From contig NZ_AP014945.1 in NCBI RefSeq assembly GCF_001548275.1, forward strand, positions 960,001 through 992,000: a DNA stretch of 32,000 nucleotides, read 5' to 3'. This document shows positions 17,799-25,405 of this stretch, piece after piece. The stretch comes from Caldimicrobium thiodismutans. GTDB lineage: Bacteria; Desulfobacterota; Thermodesulfobacteria; Thermodesulfobacteriales; Thermodesulfobacteriaceae. The notes beneath the pieces were generated by a model. That model was not told the DNA's origin. It was given only the letters and a program-made list of their open reading frames with translations, and searched no databases. Within the stretch, counting starts at the first letter, position 1; every line of letters begins with the position of its first letter. A program made the position numbers and the translations under genes.

Positions 17799-18077
17799 TT
17801 TCAGACTTGTATTACCTCCCTTGTATAGATATCTAATTCCTCTTTTAGCACCTTTCCTTTTTCTTGTAAGGATCTGAACTTATGCAAATTTGCTTGGGTT
17901 AAAATGATTTCCCTTAGAAAATTAAAGGAGGCATTGAAACTCATATCTACCTCTTTGGGCAGATAAAGCTGCATTTCCTTTTAATGTTATTAATCCTTTC
18001 CTGAGTCAAACCTTTGTGTTTTCCCGTTATATGTTCCTTTACATCATTGGGCAGACACACAAAGGCTTCCCCTACTC

Positions 18078-18105
18078 TCACCCCTCACCGTTCACCTCTT
18101 ACCTT
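18078..18105. repeat. Tandem heptamer repeat (TCACCnn x3 plus TTACCTT)
   Basis: TCACCCC TCACCGT TCACCTC TTACCTT with an exact 7-nt period. On the minus strand it reads as SD-like GGTGA repeats in the 3' region of the radical SAM gene. Confidence 0.6.
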
Positions 18106-18148
18106 TTTCTAACCTTCCTTTTTCTTGTTTTCTTGTAAAGAGATGATC

Positions 18149-19738
18149 TTATAATCCTGAATTTGAATAAAGTTTTTTGCAGGCTGAACAGGCTCTGCAG
18201 GTCTCCCTTTTGCAGAAGGGTGTGGTCTTTTGAGCCTGAGCCCTTTTCCACTCCCTCCAGAGAAAGTCCTTAGAGACTCCAATATCTATTATGTCCCAGG
18301 GGAAAGATTCTTCCATACTTTGAAGAGGAGAAAGATACCTCTCTAAGTCTTTTACTAAGCTTAAGGCCTGTTTTAAAGGAGCCCCTTCTGCCATTTTTAA
18401 AAGAATTTCCTTTAAGTCTGCAGAACCCCTGGCAAGGAGAGCCTGAAGGAATGCCTCCTTAGGAGATTCAAATTTTATTCCTTTTACACCTGAAACCTCC
18501 TTTAAAAGAAGATCTCTCTTTCTTTCAAGTTTGGTAATCCCATTAAATTCAGCCCACTGGAAAGGTGTATGAGGTTTGGGAACAAAAAAGGAAAAGGTAA
18601 AGGTAAAATGAAAAGGCAACTTCCTTTGCAACAATCTATTAATAAATTTAGCTGTCTCAATAATATCTTCTTCTTCCTCAAAGGGAAGTCCAAGCATGAA
18701 GTAAATTTTTACCTTTTTGAGACCAGCCCTTTTAAGTTTATCAAGGACCGAATAAATCTCTTCCTCTTCTATAAACTTATTAATCACCCTCTTTAACCTT
18801 AGAGAGGCTGTTTCAGGGGCAAGGGCAACACTTTTAGCCCCTTTTAAAAGCTTCAAAAATTCTTCATTTATAGCATCAATTCTCAGAGAAGAAAAGGTTA
18901 AAACACACTTTTTAGATAGAAGGCTTTCTCCAAGCTTTAAGACCTCTTCTTTATCTACAAATTCAAGCCCTATTAATCCAACCTTAGCTGAATCTGGAAT
19001 CTCTTTAACCTTTTCAAGGAGGGCCTCTACTGAATATCTTCTGGGAGGGCGATAAATAAAGCCTGCTAAACAGAATCTACAGGCCCTACCGCATCCCTTA
19101 GAGACCTCAAGAAGATAGGATCTCCCGAACTTAGCCTTATCCGAAAGCACAGTGGATAGAAGGGGATTTTCTGGCCTTTTTACCTTTTCAACCCTGACTC
19201 TTTTCTTCTCAAAGTGTGCAGGACTATAAAAAAACTCAAATTTTGAAAGGGCTTGTATCAATTTATCCTTTGAAAAGGCCTCTTCAACAAAGACAGGAAT
19301 AATTTTTTCCTCTAAGGCCTCCCATTCTCCCAGCAAAAATCCATCTATAAAGGGGGCTAAAGGCTCTGGATTTGCCCAGAGGGCTACTCCCCCAGCAAGT
19401 ATGGTCTGAGCCCTCTCCTTAGGCTCAAGGGAAATACCACCATCTTTAAGGATCCTTAACACATTTATATAATCCGCTTCAAAGGGTATGGAAAACAAAA
19501 GAAGAGGGAAATCTCTTAAGGGTCGGTTACTTTCAATGGACCTGATTTCACTTCGTTCATAAAAGACCCTTTCGCAGACAAGCTCCTCATACTGATTAAG
19601 CCTCTGGTAGAGGGTCAGGAACCCTAAATTTGCCATTCCCAGTTCGTATTTATTTGGAAAAATGAGAGCTATAGGGACTCTTCCCCTCCACCTCTTTTTA
19701 AAAAAATTTTCCTCCAGTTTCAAAAGATCTCTTTTCAA
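18149..19738 (-). CDS. Radical SAM protein with N-terminal B12-binding-like domain (TIGR03960-like)
   Basis: 529-aa ORF. N-terminal IALIFPNKYELGMANLGFLTLYQ...CERVF, ILAGGVALWANPEPLAPFIDGFLLGEWE, radical SAM cluster motif CGRACRFCLAGF. TTG start. Confidence 0.8.
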   Translation of the reverse strand: MKRDLLKLEENFFKKRWRGRVPIALIFPNKYELGMANLGFLTLYQRLNQYEELVCERVFYERSEIRSIESNRPLRDFPLLLFSIPFEADYINVLRILKDGGISLEPKERAQTILAGGVALWANPEPLAPFIDGFLLGEWEALEEKIIPVFVEEAFSKDKLIQALSKFEFFYSPAHFEKKRVRVEKVKRPENPLLSTVLSDKAKFGRSYLLEVSKGCGRACRFCLAGFIYRPPRRYSVEALLEKVKEIPDSAKVGLIGLEFVDKEEVLKLGESLLSKKCVLTFSSLRIDAINEEFLKLLKGAKSVALAPETASLRLKRVINKFIEEEEIYSVLDKLKRAGLKKVKIYFMLGLPFEEEEDIIETAKFINRLLQRKLPFHFTFTFSFFVPKPHTPFQWAEFNGITKLERKRDLLLKEVSGVKGIKFESPKEAFLQALLARGSADLKEILLKMAEGAPLKQALSLVKDLERYLSPLQSMEESFPWDIIDIGVSKDFLWREWKRAQAQKTTPFCKRETCRACSACKKLYSNSGL

Positions 19739-19782
19739 GCCACCCTCTCCCTTAGAAAAATCTTTTAGGTTATACTAATAAA

Positions 19783-21048
19783 GTGCAGGTAAAAATCCTT
19801 CTCCTTTTTTTGGTTGGTATTCTATCAGCCTTTTTCTATACTTTAATCATAGCACCTTCCTCTCAAAAGGGGATTCCCAGAGGGGAAATACCTCATTTAA
19901 CCTCTGGAAGGCCTGAGCTATGTTTAATATGCCATAAGGAAAAAATTCAAGAAAAGGCCCATGCCGTTGAGGTATTGGGGTGCTCAAGCTGTCACCTTGG
20001 AAGCCCCTTAACCCCCTCGTTAAAAGAAGCCCATACAGGGCTAATTAAAAATCCTTCAGACCTTAGAGTCGTGCATAAGACCTGCGGACAAGCCAATTGT
20101 CACCCAGAAGATGTAAAAAAGGTGAAAAACTCTCTTATGGCTACCAATCACGGGATACTTGTGCGCTTAATAAAGGTCTTTGAAGAAGAAAACCTCCTAA
20201 AAACTCATCCTGTCTTAAAGGTAGCAGACCTTTATACTGAACCCAAAGAGTTTTCTCAAAGCCTTGCCCTTGACTACTTTAGAAAACTCTGTGGATCCTG
20301 TCACCTCTATTTACAGAAAGAAAAAATGGAGGGCTTTTTAGCTGAAAAAGGAGGAGGTTGTTCAGCCTGCCATTTAACAGGCTCAAAGGAAGATTTGAAA
20401 AAGAAAAAGCTCCATCCCGGGCTGATCAAAAAAATTCATCTCAACAGGTGTGTGAACTGTCACAATCGCAGTGGAAGAATTGGTCTTACCTACCAGGGCC
20501 TATATGAAACCCCTCAAGGAGGTGTCTTTGATAAAAAATGGATTGATGGTAGAGAACTTATAGAGATAGAGCCAGATATCCATTATAAAGCAGGGCTTCA
20601 CTGCATAGACTGTCACACCCGAGATGAGACTATGGGAGATGGAAACTTCTATAAAAATATTAGCGAGGCTATTGAGGTTACCTGTGAAACCTGTCACTTA
20701 GCAGAAATAAAAACTAAAAAGGGAAAGATACTGCAACAGCTTGTAAATACTGAAAAAGGGCTCTTTCAAAAAAGAAAGATGGATGAATTGCTTCTTCCTG
20801 TAAAAAAGCCCGCTTCCATTTGTCAGGATAAGCTCCATACAAGGCTTTCCTGCTCAGCCTGCCATTCTAAATATATGCCCCAGTGCATGGGCTGTCATGT
20901 TAGATACAATCCTAAGGAAACCCACTTTGATAAAATTAAAGCCAGAGAAACTCGAGGCCTCTGGGAAGAACACGAATCCTACAGAACCCTTGAAGACCCA
21001 CCTCTTGCTGTAAAGGGGAATAAAATTGTTCCTGTAACTCCTGGGTGA
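19783..21048 (+). CDS. Multihaem cytochrome c (10 haem-binding motifs), N-terminal TM/signal anchor; ends at an in-frame TGA that may be recoded
   Basis: 421-aa ORF. Motifs CLICH, CSSCH, CGQANCH (Cx4CH), CGSCH, CSACH, CVNCH, CIDCH, CETCH, CSACH, CMGCH. Hydrophobic N-terminus ILLLFLVGILSAFFYTLIIAP. GTG start without a clear SD. Confidence 0.85.
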   Translation: MQVKILLLFLVGILSAFFYTLIIAPSSQKGIPRGEIPHLTSGRPELCLICHKEKIQEKAHAVEVLGCSSCHLGSPLTPSLKEAHTGLIKNPSDLRVVHKTCGQANCHPEDVKKVKNSLMATNHGILVRLIKVFEEENLLKTHPVLKVADLYTEPKEFSQSLALDYFRKLCGSCHLYLQKEKMEGFLAEKGGGCSACHLTGSKEDLKKKKLHPGLIKKIHLNRCVNCHNRSGRIGLTYQGLYETPQGGVFDKKWIDGRELIEIEPDIHYKAGLHCIDCHTRDETMGDGNFYKNISEAIEVTCETCHLAEIKTKKGKILQQLVNTEKGLFQKRKMDELLLPVKKPASICQDKLHTRLSCSACHSKYMPQCMGCHVRYNPKETHFDKIKARETRGLWEEHESYRTLEDPPLAVKGNKIVPVTPG

Positions 21049-21084
21049 CAGGATTTCATTACCCTTCTGGATAAGAAAGGGAAA

Positions 21085-21471
21085 GTGGAAAAATATTTTG
21101 AAAGTATTACCTGGGCTCAGATTGATCCTCATTCCACTCAAAAAAAGGGAAGAACCTGCCAGAGCTGTCATCAAAATCCCAAAGCCGTAGGCCTTGGATA
21201 TGGAAAAATTTCTTTTCAAAAAGGGAAACTTTTCTTTGAGGCCCTTGAGAAGTCAGTAACCAAAAATCCAAAGATTTCTCTATCCCAGATTGTTACCCCT
21301 GAGGGTAAGACCTTAGTAAAATTTAACCGCCCGGAAATGAGGGGCTTTAATGAAGAGGAGCTTTTAAGGATATTGCGAGTAGGACTCTGTCTCAATTGTC
21401 ATTCTGAAAAAGATAAGCTCTTTAAGACCTGGAAGAGAGATACCAGGTGCCCTAAATTTCCTCATCTTTAA
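21085..21471 (+). CDS. Dihaem cytochrome c segment, probably the C-terminal continuation of 19783-21048 through TGA 21046-21048
   Basis: 128-aa ORF with CQSCH and CLNCH. Same frame as the upstream ORF, with no stop in 21049-21084. No signal peptide of its own and no convincing SD before its GTG. Confidence 0.6.
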   Translation: MEKYFESITWAQIDPHSTQKKGRTCQSCHQNPKAVGLGYGKISFQKGKLFFEALEKSVTKNPKISLSQIVTPEGKTLVKFNRPEMRGFNEEELLRILRVGLCLNCHSEKDKLFKTWKRDTRCPKFPHL

Positions 21472-21490
21472 TTTTTAAAAAAATTCCCTC

Positions 21491-21518
21491 TTGACAAAAT
21501 TTCAAGTTTGAGTAAAGT
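21491..21518 (+). promoter_or_regulatory. Putative sigma70-type promoter for cydAB
   Basis: -35 TTGACA (21491-21496), 16-nt spacer, -10 TAAAGT (21513-21518), about 60 nt upstream of cydA, which has an AAGGAGGTG SD. Confidence 0.4.
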
Positions 21519-21581
21519 ATTAAATGTAAGGTTATTTTGGCTATTTTTATTAAAACACTTTAATTAAAAGGAGGTGGGGTT

Positions 21582-22922
21582 ATGGATGTCTTATTAGCTT
21601 CAAGGTTACAGTTTGCTGCAGCAGCTATGTTTCATTTTCTTTTTGTGCCCCTGACACTGGGGCTCTCCTTTTTAACAGCCATTTTTCAGACCCTCTGGCT
21701 TAAGACTGGAGATGATGATTACAAGAGGGCAGCGCGCTTCTGGGGTAAGCTTTTTCTCATTAACTTTGGTCTGGGAGTAGTTACAGGTATTACCCTTGAG
21801 TTTCAGTTTGGCACAAACTGGCGTTTTTACTCTCAGTATGTTGGAGACATCTTTGGCTCCCTTCTTGCTATTGAAGCAACCCTTGCCTTTTTCCTTGAAT
21901 CAACTTTTATTGCAGTCTGGTGGTTTGGTTGGGGTAAAGTGAGCCCAAGGGTTAACACTCTTGCTATCTGGCTTACAGCTATTGCCTCAAATATCTCTGC
22001 TCTTTGGATACTTCTTGCCAATGGTTGGATGCAACATCCAGTAGGCTATGTTATAAGAGGGGGTAGAGCAGAACTTGAAAGTTTCTCAGCAGTTTTAACC
22101 AATTCTTTTGCCTGGTGGGAATTTCTACATACGGTGCCTTCAGCCTATGTGCTTTCAGGGTTTTTTGTTCTTGGTGTTTCAGCCTGGCACCTAATTAGAA
22201 AAAATGAGCTTTCCCTATTTAAGAAGAGTTTCAGGGTGGCTGCCATCTGGACTATGATTTTCAGCCTCTATCTTATTGTTGAAGGGCATATTCATGGTGC
22301 AGAAGTGGCAGAAAAACAGCCTACCAAACTTGCTGCTATGGAGTCTCATTGGGTAACTGAGAAAGGGGCAGGATGGAGTCTCTTGGTTATTCCTGATGAA
22401 GAAAATGAAAGAAACTCAGTAGAACTTTTTAAAATCCCCAATGTTCTTAGTCTTCTTGCCTTCCACGATCCTAATGCTGAAGTAAAAGGACTTAAAGAAT
22501 GGCCTAAGGAGGAGAGACCTCCGGTTGCCCTTTCTTTCTGGAGTTTCCGCATCATGGTTGCCCTTGGATTCCTCTTTGGACTTCTCTCTATTCTTGCCTT
22601 TTTAAAGAGAAGGCAACCTGAGGCAAGTCCAAAACTTCTTAAAGTTCTTATCTGGAATATACCTCTTCCCTATATTGCAGCTCAAGCAGGATGGATGCTT
22701 GCAGAGGTAGGAAGACAGCCCTGGATTGTTTATGGCCTTATGAAAACCAAGGATGCAGTTTCACCCCTTTCAGCAGTGCAAGTTGGTCTTAGCCTTCCTG
22801 CTTTTATTATTGTTTATGGAATCCTCGGAATTATTTGTTTCTGGTTGATTGCTCATCATGCCAGAAAAGGGCCAGAGCCAGTTGAAGCCCTTTCAGAAAA
22901 ACCTGCTACAGAAACCCTATAA
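21582..22922 (+). CDS. cydA: Cytochrome bd-type quinol oxidase subunit I
   Basis: 446-aa ORF. LSRLQFA-type N-terminus (ASRLQFAAAAMFHFLFVPLTLG), GTNW, WMQHPVG, and a C-terminal GRQPWIVYGLMKT motif. Confidence 0.92.
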   Translation: MDVLLASRLQFAAAAMFHFLFVPLTLGLSFLTAIFQTLWLKTGDDDYKRAARFWGKLFLINFGLGVVTGITLEFQFGTNWRFYSQYVGDIFGSLLAIEATLAFFLESTFIAVWWFGWGKVSPRVNTLAIWLTAIASNISALWILLANGWMQHPVGYVIRGGRAELESFSAVLTNSFAWWEFLHTVPSAYVLSGFFVLGVSAWHLIRKNELSLFKKSFRVAAIWTMIFSLYLIVEGHIHGAEVAEKQPTKLAAMESHWVTEKGAGWSLLVIPDEENERNSVELFKIPNVLSLLAFHDPNAEVKGLKEWPKEERPPVALSFWSFRIMVALGFLFGLLSILAFLKRRQPEASPKLLKVLIWNIPLPYIAAQAGWMLAEVGRQPWIVYGLMKTKDAVSPLSAVQVGLSLPAFIIVYGILGIICFWLIAHHARKGPEPVEALSEKPATETL

Positions 22923-22935
22923 AGGAGGTGAGACC

Positions 22936-23961
22936 ATGGAAATGAATATTTTTCAAATAATCTGGTATGTTTTATGGGGAGTTCTCTGGGCCGTTTATTT
23001 TGCCCTTGATGGCTTTGACCTCGGGGCAGGTTCTCTTCTATACTTTCTTGGAAAAGACGAAAAGGAAAGAAGGGTAGTCTATCAGGCAGTTGGTCCTTTC
23101 TGGGATGGAAATGAGGTATGGCTTATAACTGCAGGAGGTGCAACCTTTGCCGCCTTTCCCACAGCTTATGCAGTTATGTTCAGTGCCCTCTATACCCCCC
23201 TTTTACTCCTTCTATTTTCTCTAATTCTTAGAGGCGTAGCAGTAGAATATAGAAACAAACATGAAAGCCTTTCCTGGAGAAACTTCTGGGATTTTCTCTT
23301 TTTCCTTGGAAGTTTTCTGCCTGCCCTTCTTCTTGGAGTTGCCTTTGCCAACATTTTTAAGGGTGTTCCCATTGATGAAAAAGGCCTTCTGCAAACCAAT
23401 TTATTTGGGCTTTTGAATCCCTATGGACTTTTGGGTGGACTTCTCTTTGTATTTTGCTTTGCAACCCATGGAGCTCTCTGGGTAGCCTTTAAAGCTCCTT
23501 CACCTTTTAGTGAAAGGGCTGCCAATCTTGCCAAAAAAACCTGGGTTGTAACCCTTCTTTTGGTAATTCTCTTTTGGATTATATCTTTTGCTGTAACTAA
23601 TATGTGGGCTAACTTTTTAAAAGCCCCACTTCTCATTGCCTTTCCCCTTTTAGCTGCCCTCTGTTATCTCATGGTCCCTGTATTTCTGAATAAAGGGGCC
23701 TACTTTAAAGCCTGGGCCTTTTCAGCTCTTACCATAGTGCTTTTTACCGCCTGGGGAGTTGCAGGCCTTTTCCCCAACATCCTTCCCTCTTCCATTAATC
23801 CAGCCTATAGTCTTACCCTTGTTAATAGCTCCTCAAGTCCTCTTACTCTAAAGATAATGACAACTGTTGCTATTCTCTTTGTTCCCATTGTTCTTGCTTA
23901 TACTTTCTGGGCTTACAAGACCTTCTCCTACAAAATAACCAAGGAAGATATCTCCTACTAA
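22936..23961 (+). CDS. cydB: Cytochrome bd-type quinol oxidase subunit II
   Basis: The ORF track starts at 22849 inside cydA. ATG 22936 is preceded by AAAGGAGGTG and gives a typical N-terminus MEMNIFQIIWYVLWGVLWAVYFALDGFDLGAG...WDGNEVWL. Confidence 0.9.
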   Translation: MEMNIFQIIWYVLWGVLWAVYFALDGFDLGAGSLLYFLGKDEKERRVVYQAVGPFWDGNEVWLITAGGATFAAFPTAYAVMFSALYTPLLLLLFSLILRGVAVEYRNKHESLSWRNFWDFLFFLGSFLPALLLGVAFANIFKGVPIDEKGLLQTNLFGLLNPYGLLGGLLFVFCFATHGALWVAFKAPSPFSERAANLAKKTWVVTLLLVILFWIISFAVTNMWANFLKAPLLIAFPLLAALCYLMVPVFLNKGAYFKAWAFSALTIVLFTAWGVAGLFPNILPSSINPAYSLTLVNSSSSPLTLKIMTTVAILFVPIVLAYTFWAYKTFSYKITKEDISY

Positions 23962-23991
23962 TCCCCTGCCCCCCTCCTGGGGTATTTCTCT

Positions 23992-24018
23992 GGAAGCCCT
24001 TCGGGGCTTCCTTTTTTT
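23992..24018 (+). terminator. Rho-independent terminator after cydB
   Basis: GGAAGCCC-TTCG-GGGCTTCC, a perfect 8-bp stem with a tetraloop, followed by T7. Starts 31 nt after the cydB stop. Confidence 0.85.
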
Positions 24019-24033
24019 ATTCAAAAATTCACC

Positions 24034-24062
24034 TTGACTCGCATATGCTCTTTAAATAAAAT
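24034..24062 (+). promoter_or_regulatory. Putative sigma70-type promoter upstream of the IMPase-NUDIX gene
   Basis: -35 TTGACT (24034-24039), 17-nt spacer, -10 TAAAAT (24057-24062). A second candidate is TTGCAA (24140-24145) / 18 nt / TATTTT (24164-24169), closer to ATG 24200. Confidence 0.3.
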
Positions 24063-24199
24063 TTTTTATAAATATCTTTTTACTTGGGACATGTCCTTTA
24101 AAGTGGAAGGATTTTTCAAAATCCTGTGAAACAAAAAATTTGCAATTTTTCAAAATTATGTTTTATTTTAACATATTCTACCCAAAATGCTTTTTAAAA

Positions 24200-25405
24200 A
24201 TGCAAAAAAATAAAAGATTAGAATTAATATTTGAAAAAATTGTGCAAGCCGGAGAGATTTTAAAGAAATATTATGCAGGAAGCTTTGAGATCAATCATAA
24301 GGGTAAAATAGACCTGGTAACTACTGCTGACCTTGAGGTAGAGGCCTTTCTTAAGGAAGCTCTTAAAAAAGATTTTCCTGATTTTCCGGTAATGGCAGAG
24401 GAATCTTCAGATATAAAAAAGTTTTCCCCAGAGGGAGACTATTTTCTTCTTGACCCCTTGGATGGAACCACAAATTTTGCTCATGGTCTCCCCTGGTTTG
24501 CCATCTCTCTTGCCTTGATGAGAGATTATTCCCCCCAATTGGGAGTGATTTACAATCCAATAACAGAAGAGCTCTTCTGGGCTGAAAAAGGCAAAGGTGC
24601 CTTTTTGAACGGGAAGGCCATCAGGGTTTCTCAAAGGGAGCCCCTTATAAATTGTCTTCTGGCTACAGGTTTTCCTGTCTCAAAGATTATGGAAAAACCC
24701 AAACATTTCCTTATTCCCTTTGAGGATTTTATGGTGCGAACTCGGGGGGTGAGGCGTTTTGGAGCAGCTGCCCTTGATCTGGCCTATGTCTCTGCAGGAA
24801 GGTATGATGGGTTTTATGAGGCCTATTTAAAGCCCTGGGATACCGCAGCTGGCTTACTTATGGTTGAGGAAGCCGGTGGCAAAGTTACAACCTATCTCGG
24901 GGAATCTTATCATCCCTTTAAAAACACAATAGTAGCCTCCAATGGACTTATTCATGATGAAATGATTGAACTTTTAAAAAATAAACATCCTGAAACCTTC
25001 AAACCCTTCAGAAATCCCCTTCCAGCAGTAGATATTATAATTGAGTATCAAGGGGGCATAGTATTAATTGAGAGAAGAAATCCACCCCTTGGTCTTGCCC
25101 TTCCAGGGGGTTTCGTAGAATATGGAGAAACTCTGGAAGAGGCCGCTCTTAGAGAGGCTAAAGAGGAAACCAATCTCCAAATCAAATTAAAAAATCTTCT
25201 TGGATGTTATTCTGATCCCAATAGAGATCCTCGTTTTCATACCATATCCACAGTCTTTATAGCTGATGGGTATGGGGATCTACAAGGTAAAGATGATGCC
25301 TTAGAGGCTAAGGCTTACTCTAAGGATTCAATTCCCTGGGAAAGGCTTGTTTTTGACCATGCAAAAATCCTAAAGGATTACATAGAGAGGAAAAAATGGG
25401 GTTAA
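24200..25405 (+). CDS. Fusion protein: inositol monophosphatase-family phosphatase (SuhB/CysQ-like) plus C-terminal NUDIX hydrolase
   Basis: The ORF track starts at TTG 24140, but the family-like N-terminus begins at ATG 24200 ([25 protein letters not shown]). IMPase motifs [28 protein letters not shown] box [24 protein letters not shown] in the last ~140 aa. Confidence 0.8.
   Translation: MQKNKRLELIFEKIVQAGEILKKYYAGSFEINHKGKIDLVTTADLEVEAFLKEALKKDFPDFPVMAEESSDIKKFSPEGDYFLLDPLDGTTNFAHGLPWFAISLALMRDYSPQLGVIYNPITEELFWAEKGKGAFLNGKAIRVSQREPLINCLLATGFPVSKIMEKPKHFLIPFEDFMVRTRGVRRFGAAALDLAYVSAGRYDGFYEAYLKPWDTAAGLLMVEEAGGKVTTYLGESYHPFKNTIVASNGLIHDEMIELLKNKHPETFKPFRNPLPAVDIIIEYQGGIVLIERRNPPLGLALPGGFVEYGETLEEAALREAKEETNLQIKLKNLLGCYSDPNRDPRFHTISTVFIADGYGDLQGKDDALEAKAYSKDSIPWERLVFDHAKILKDYIERKKWG

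Larger units (their letters stand above)
17544..17887. mobile_element. MITE-like inverted-repeat element, copy A (longest, 344 bp, non-coding)
   Basis: Left terminus TTGTATGCGTCCATATCTTTTGAGACT (17544-17570). Right terminus AGGATCTGAACTTATGCAA (17869-17887), whose reverse complement TTGCATAAGTTCAGATCCT is an imperfect inverted repeat of the left end. Both ends and internal blocks recur at 29759-29862 and 78-186. Confidence 0.55.

Noticed and set aside
17716-17800. Possible CRISPR-like repeats (two similar ~24-nt units).
   Set aside because: There are only two units. They are inverted rather than direct, each is itself a palindrome, there is no regular repeat-spacer periodicity, and no cas genes are in the window.
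17801-17974. 57-aa minus-strand ORF, or 47 aa from ATG 17944, which has a GAGGT SD 4 nt upstream. Sequence MSFNASFNFLREIILTQANLHKFRSLQEKGKVLKEELDIYTREVIQV. It falls just below the ORF-track cutoff and ends immediately before hairpin unit 2.
   Set aside because: It reads across the right terminus into the element. The equivalent frames in copies B and C hit stops within a few codons, and I recognise no family. It cannot be excluded as a small chimeric gene, but it is unsupported.
17950-18070. Faint resemblance of GGGCAGATAAAGC / GGGCAGACACACAAAGGCTTCC to GEMM-I c-di-GMP riboswitch core sequences.
   Set aside because: The match is only a few nucleotides. The expected P1/P2 helices and tetraloop-receptor are absent. 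No + strand gene lies downstream for it to regulate.
18078-18105. TCACCTC-containing repeats resembling the anti-SD 3' end of 16S rRNA.
   Set aside because: There is no flanking rRNA-like sequence or structure. It is a short tandem heptamer array only.
20854-21219. 121-aa minus-strand ORF spanning the TGA junction of the cytochrome genes.
   Set aside because: It is antisense to haem-motif-bearing coding sequence, has no motifs or SD, and does not explain the same-frame continuity of the + strand ORFs.
22849-22935. N-terminal extensions in the ORF track: cydB from 22849, the IMPase fusion from 24140, nadD from 9115, the DsrE-like gene from 2227.
   Set aside because: The extensions overlap upstream genes or consist of implausible low-complexity residues. 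Internal starts give family-typical N-termini, and for cydB and the DsrE-like gene those starts have strong SD sequences.
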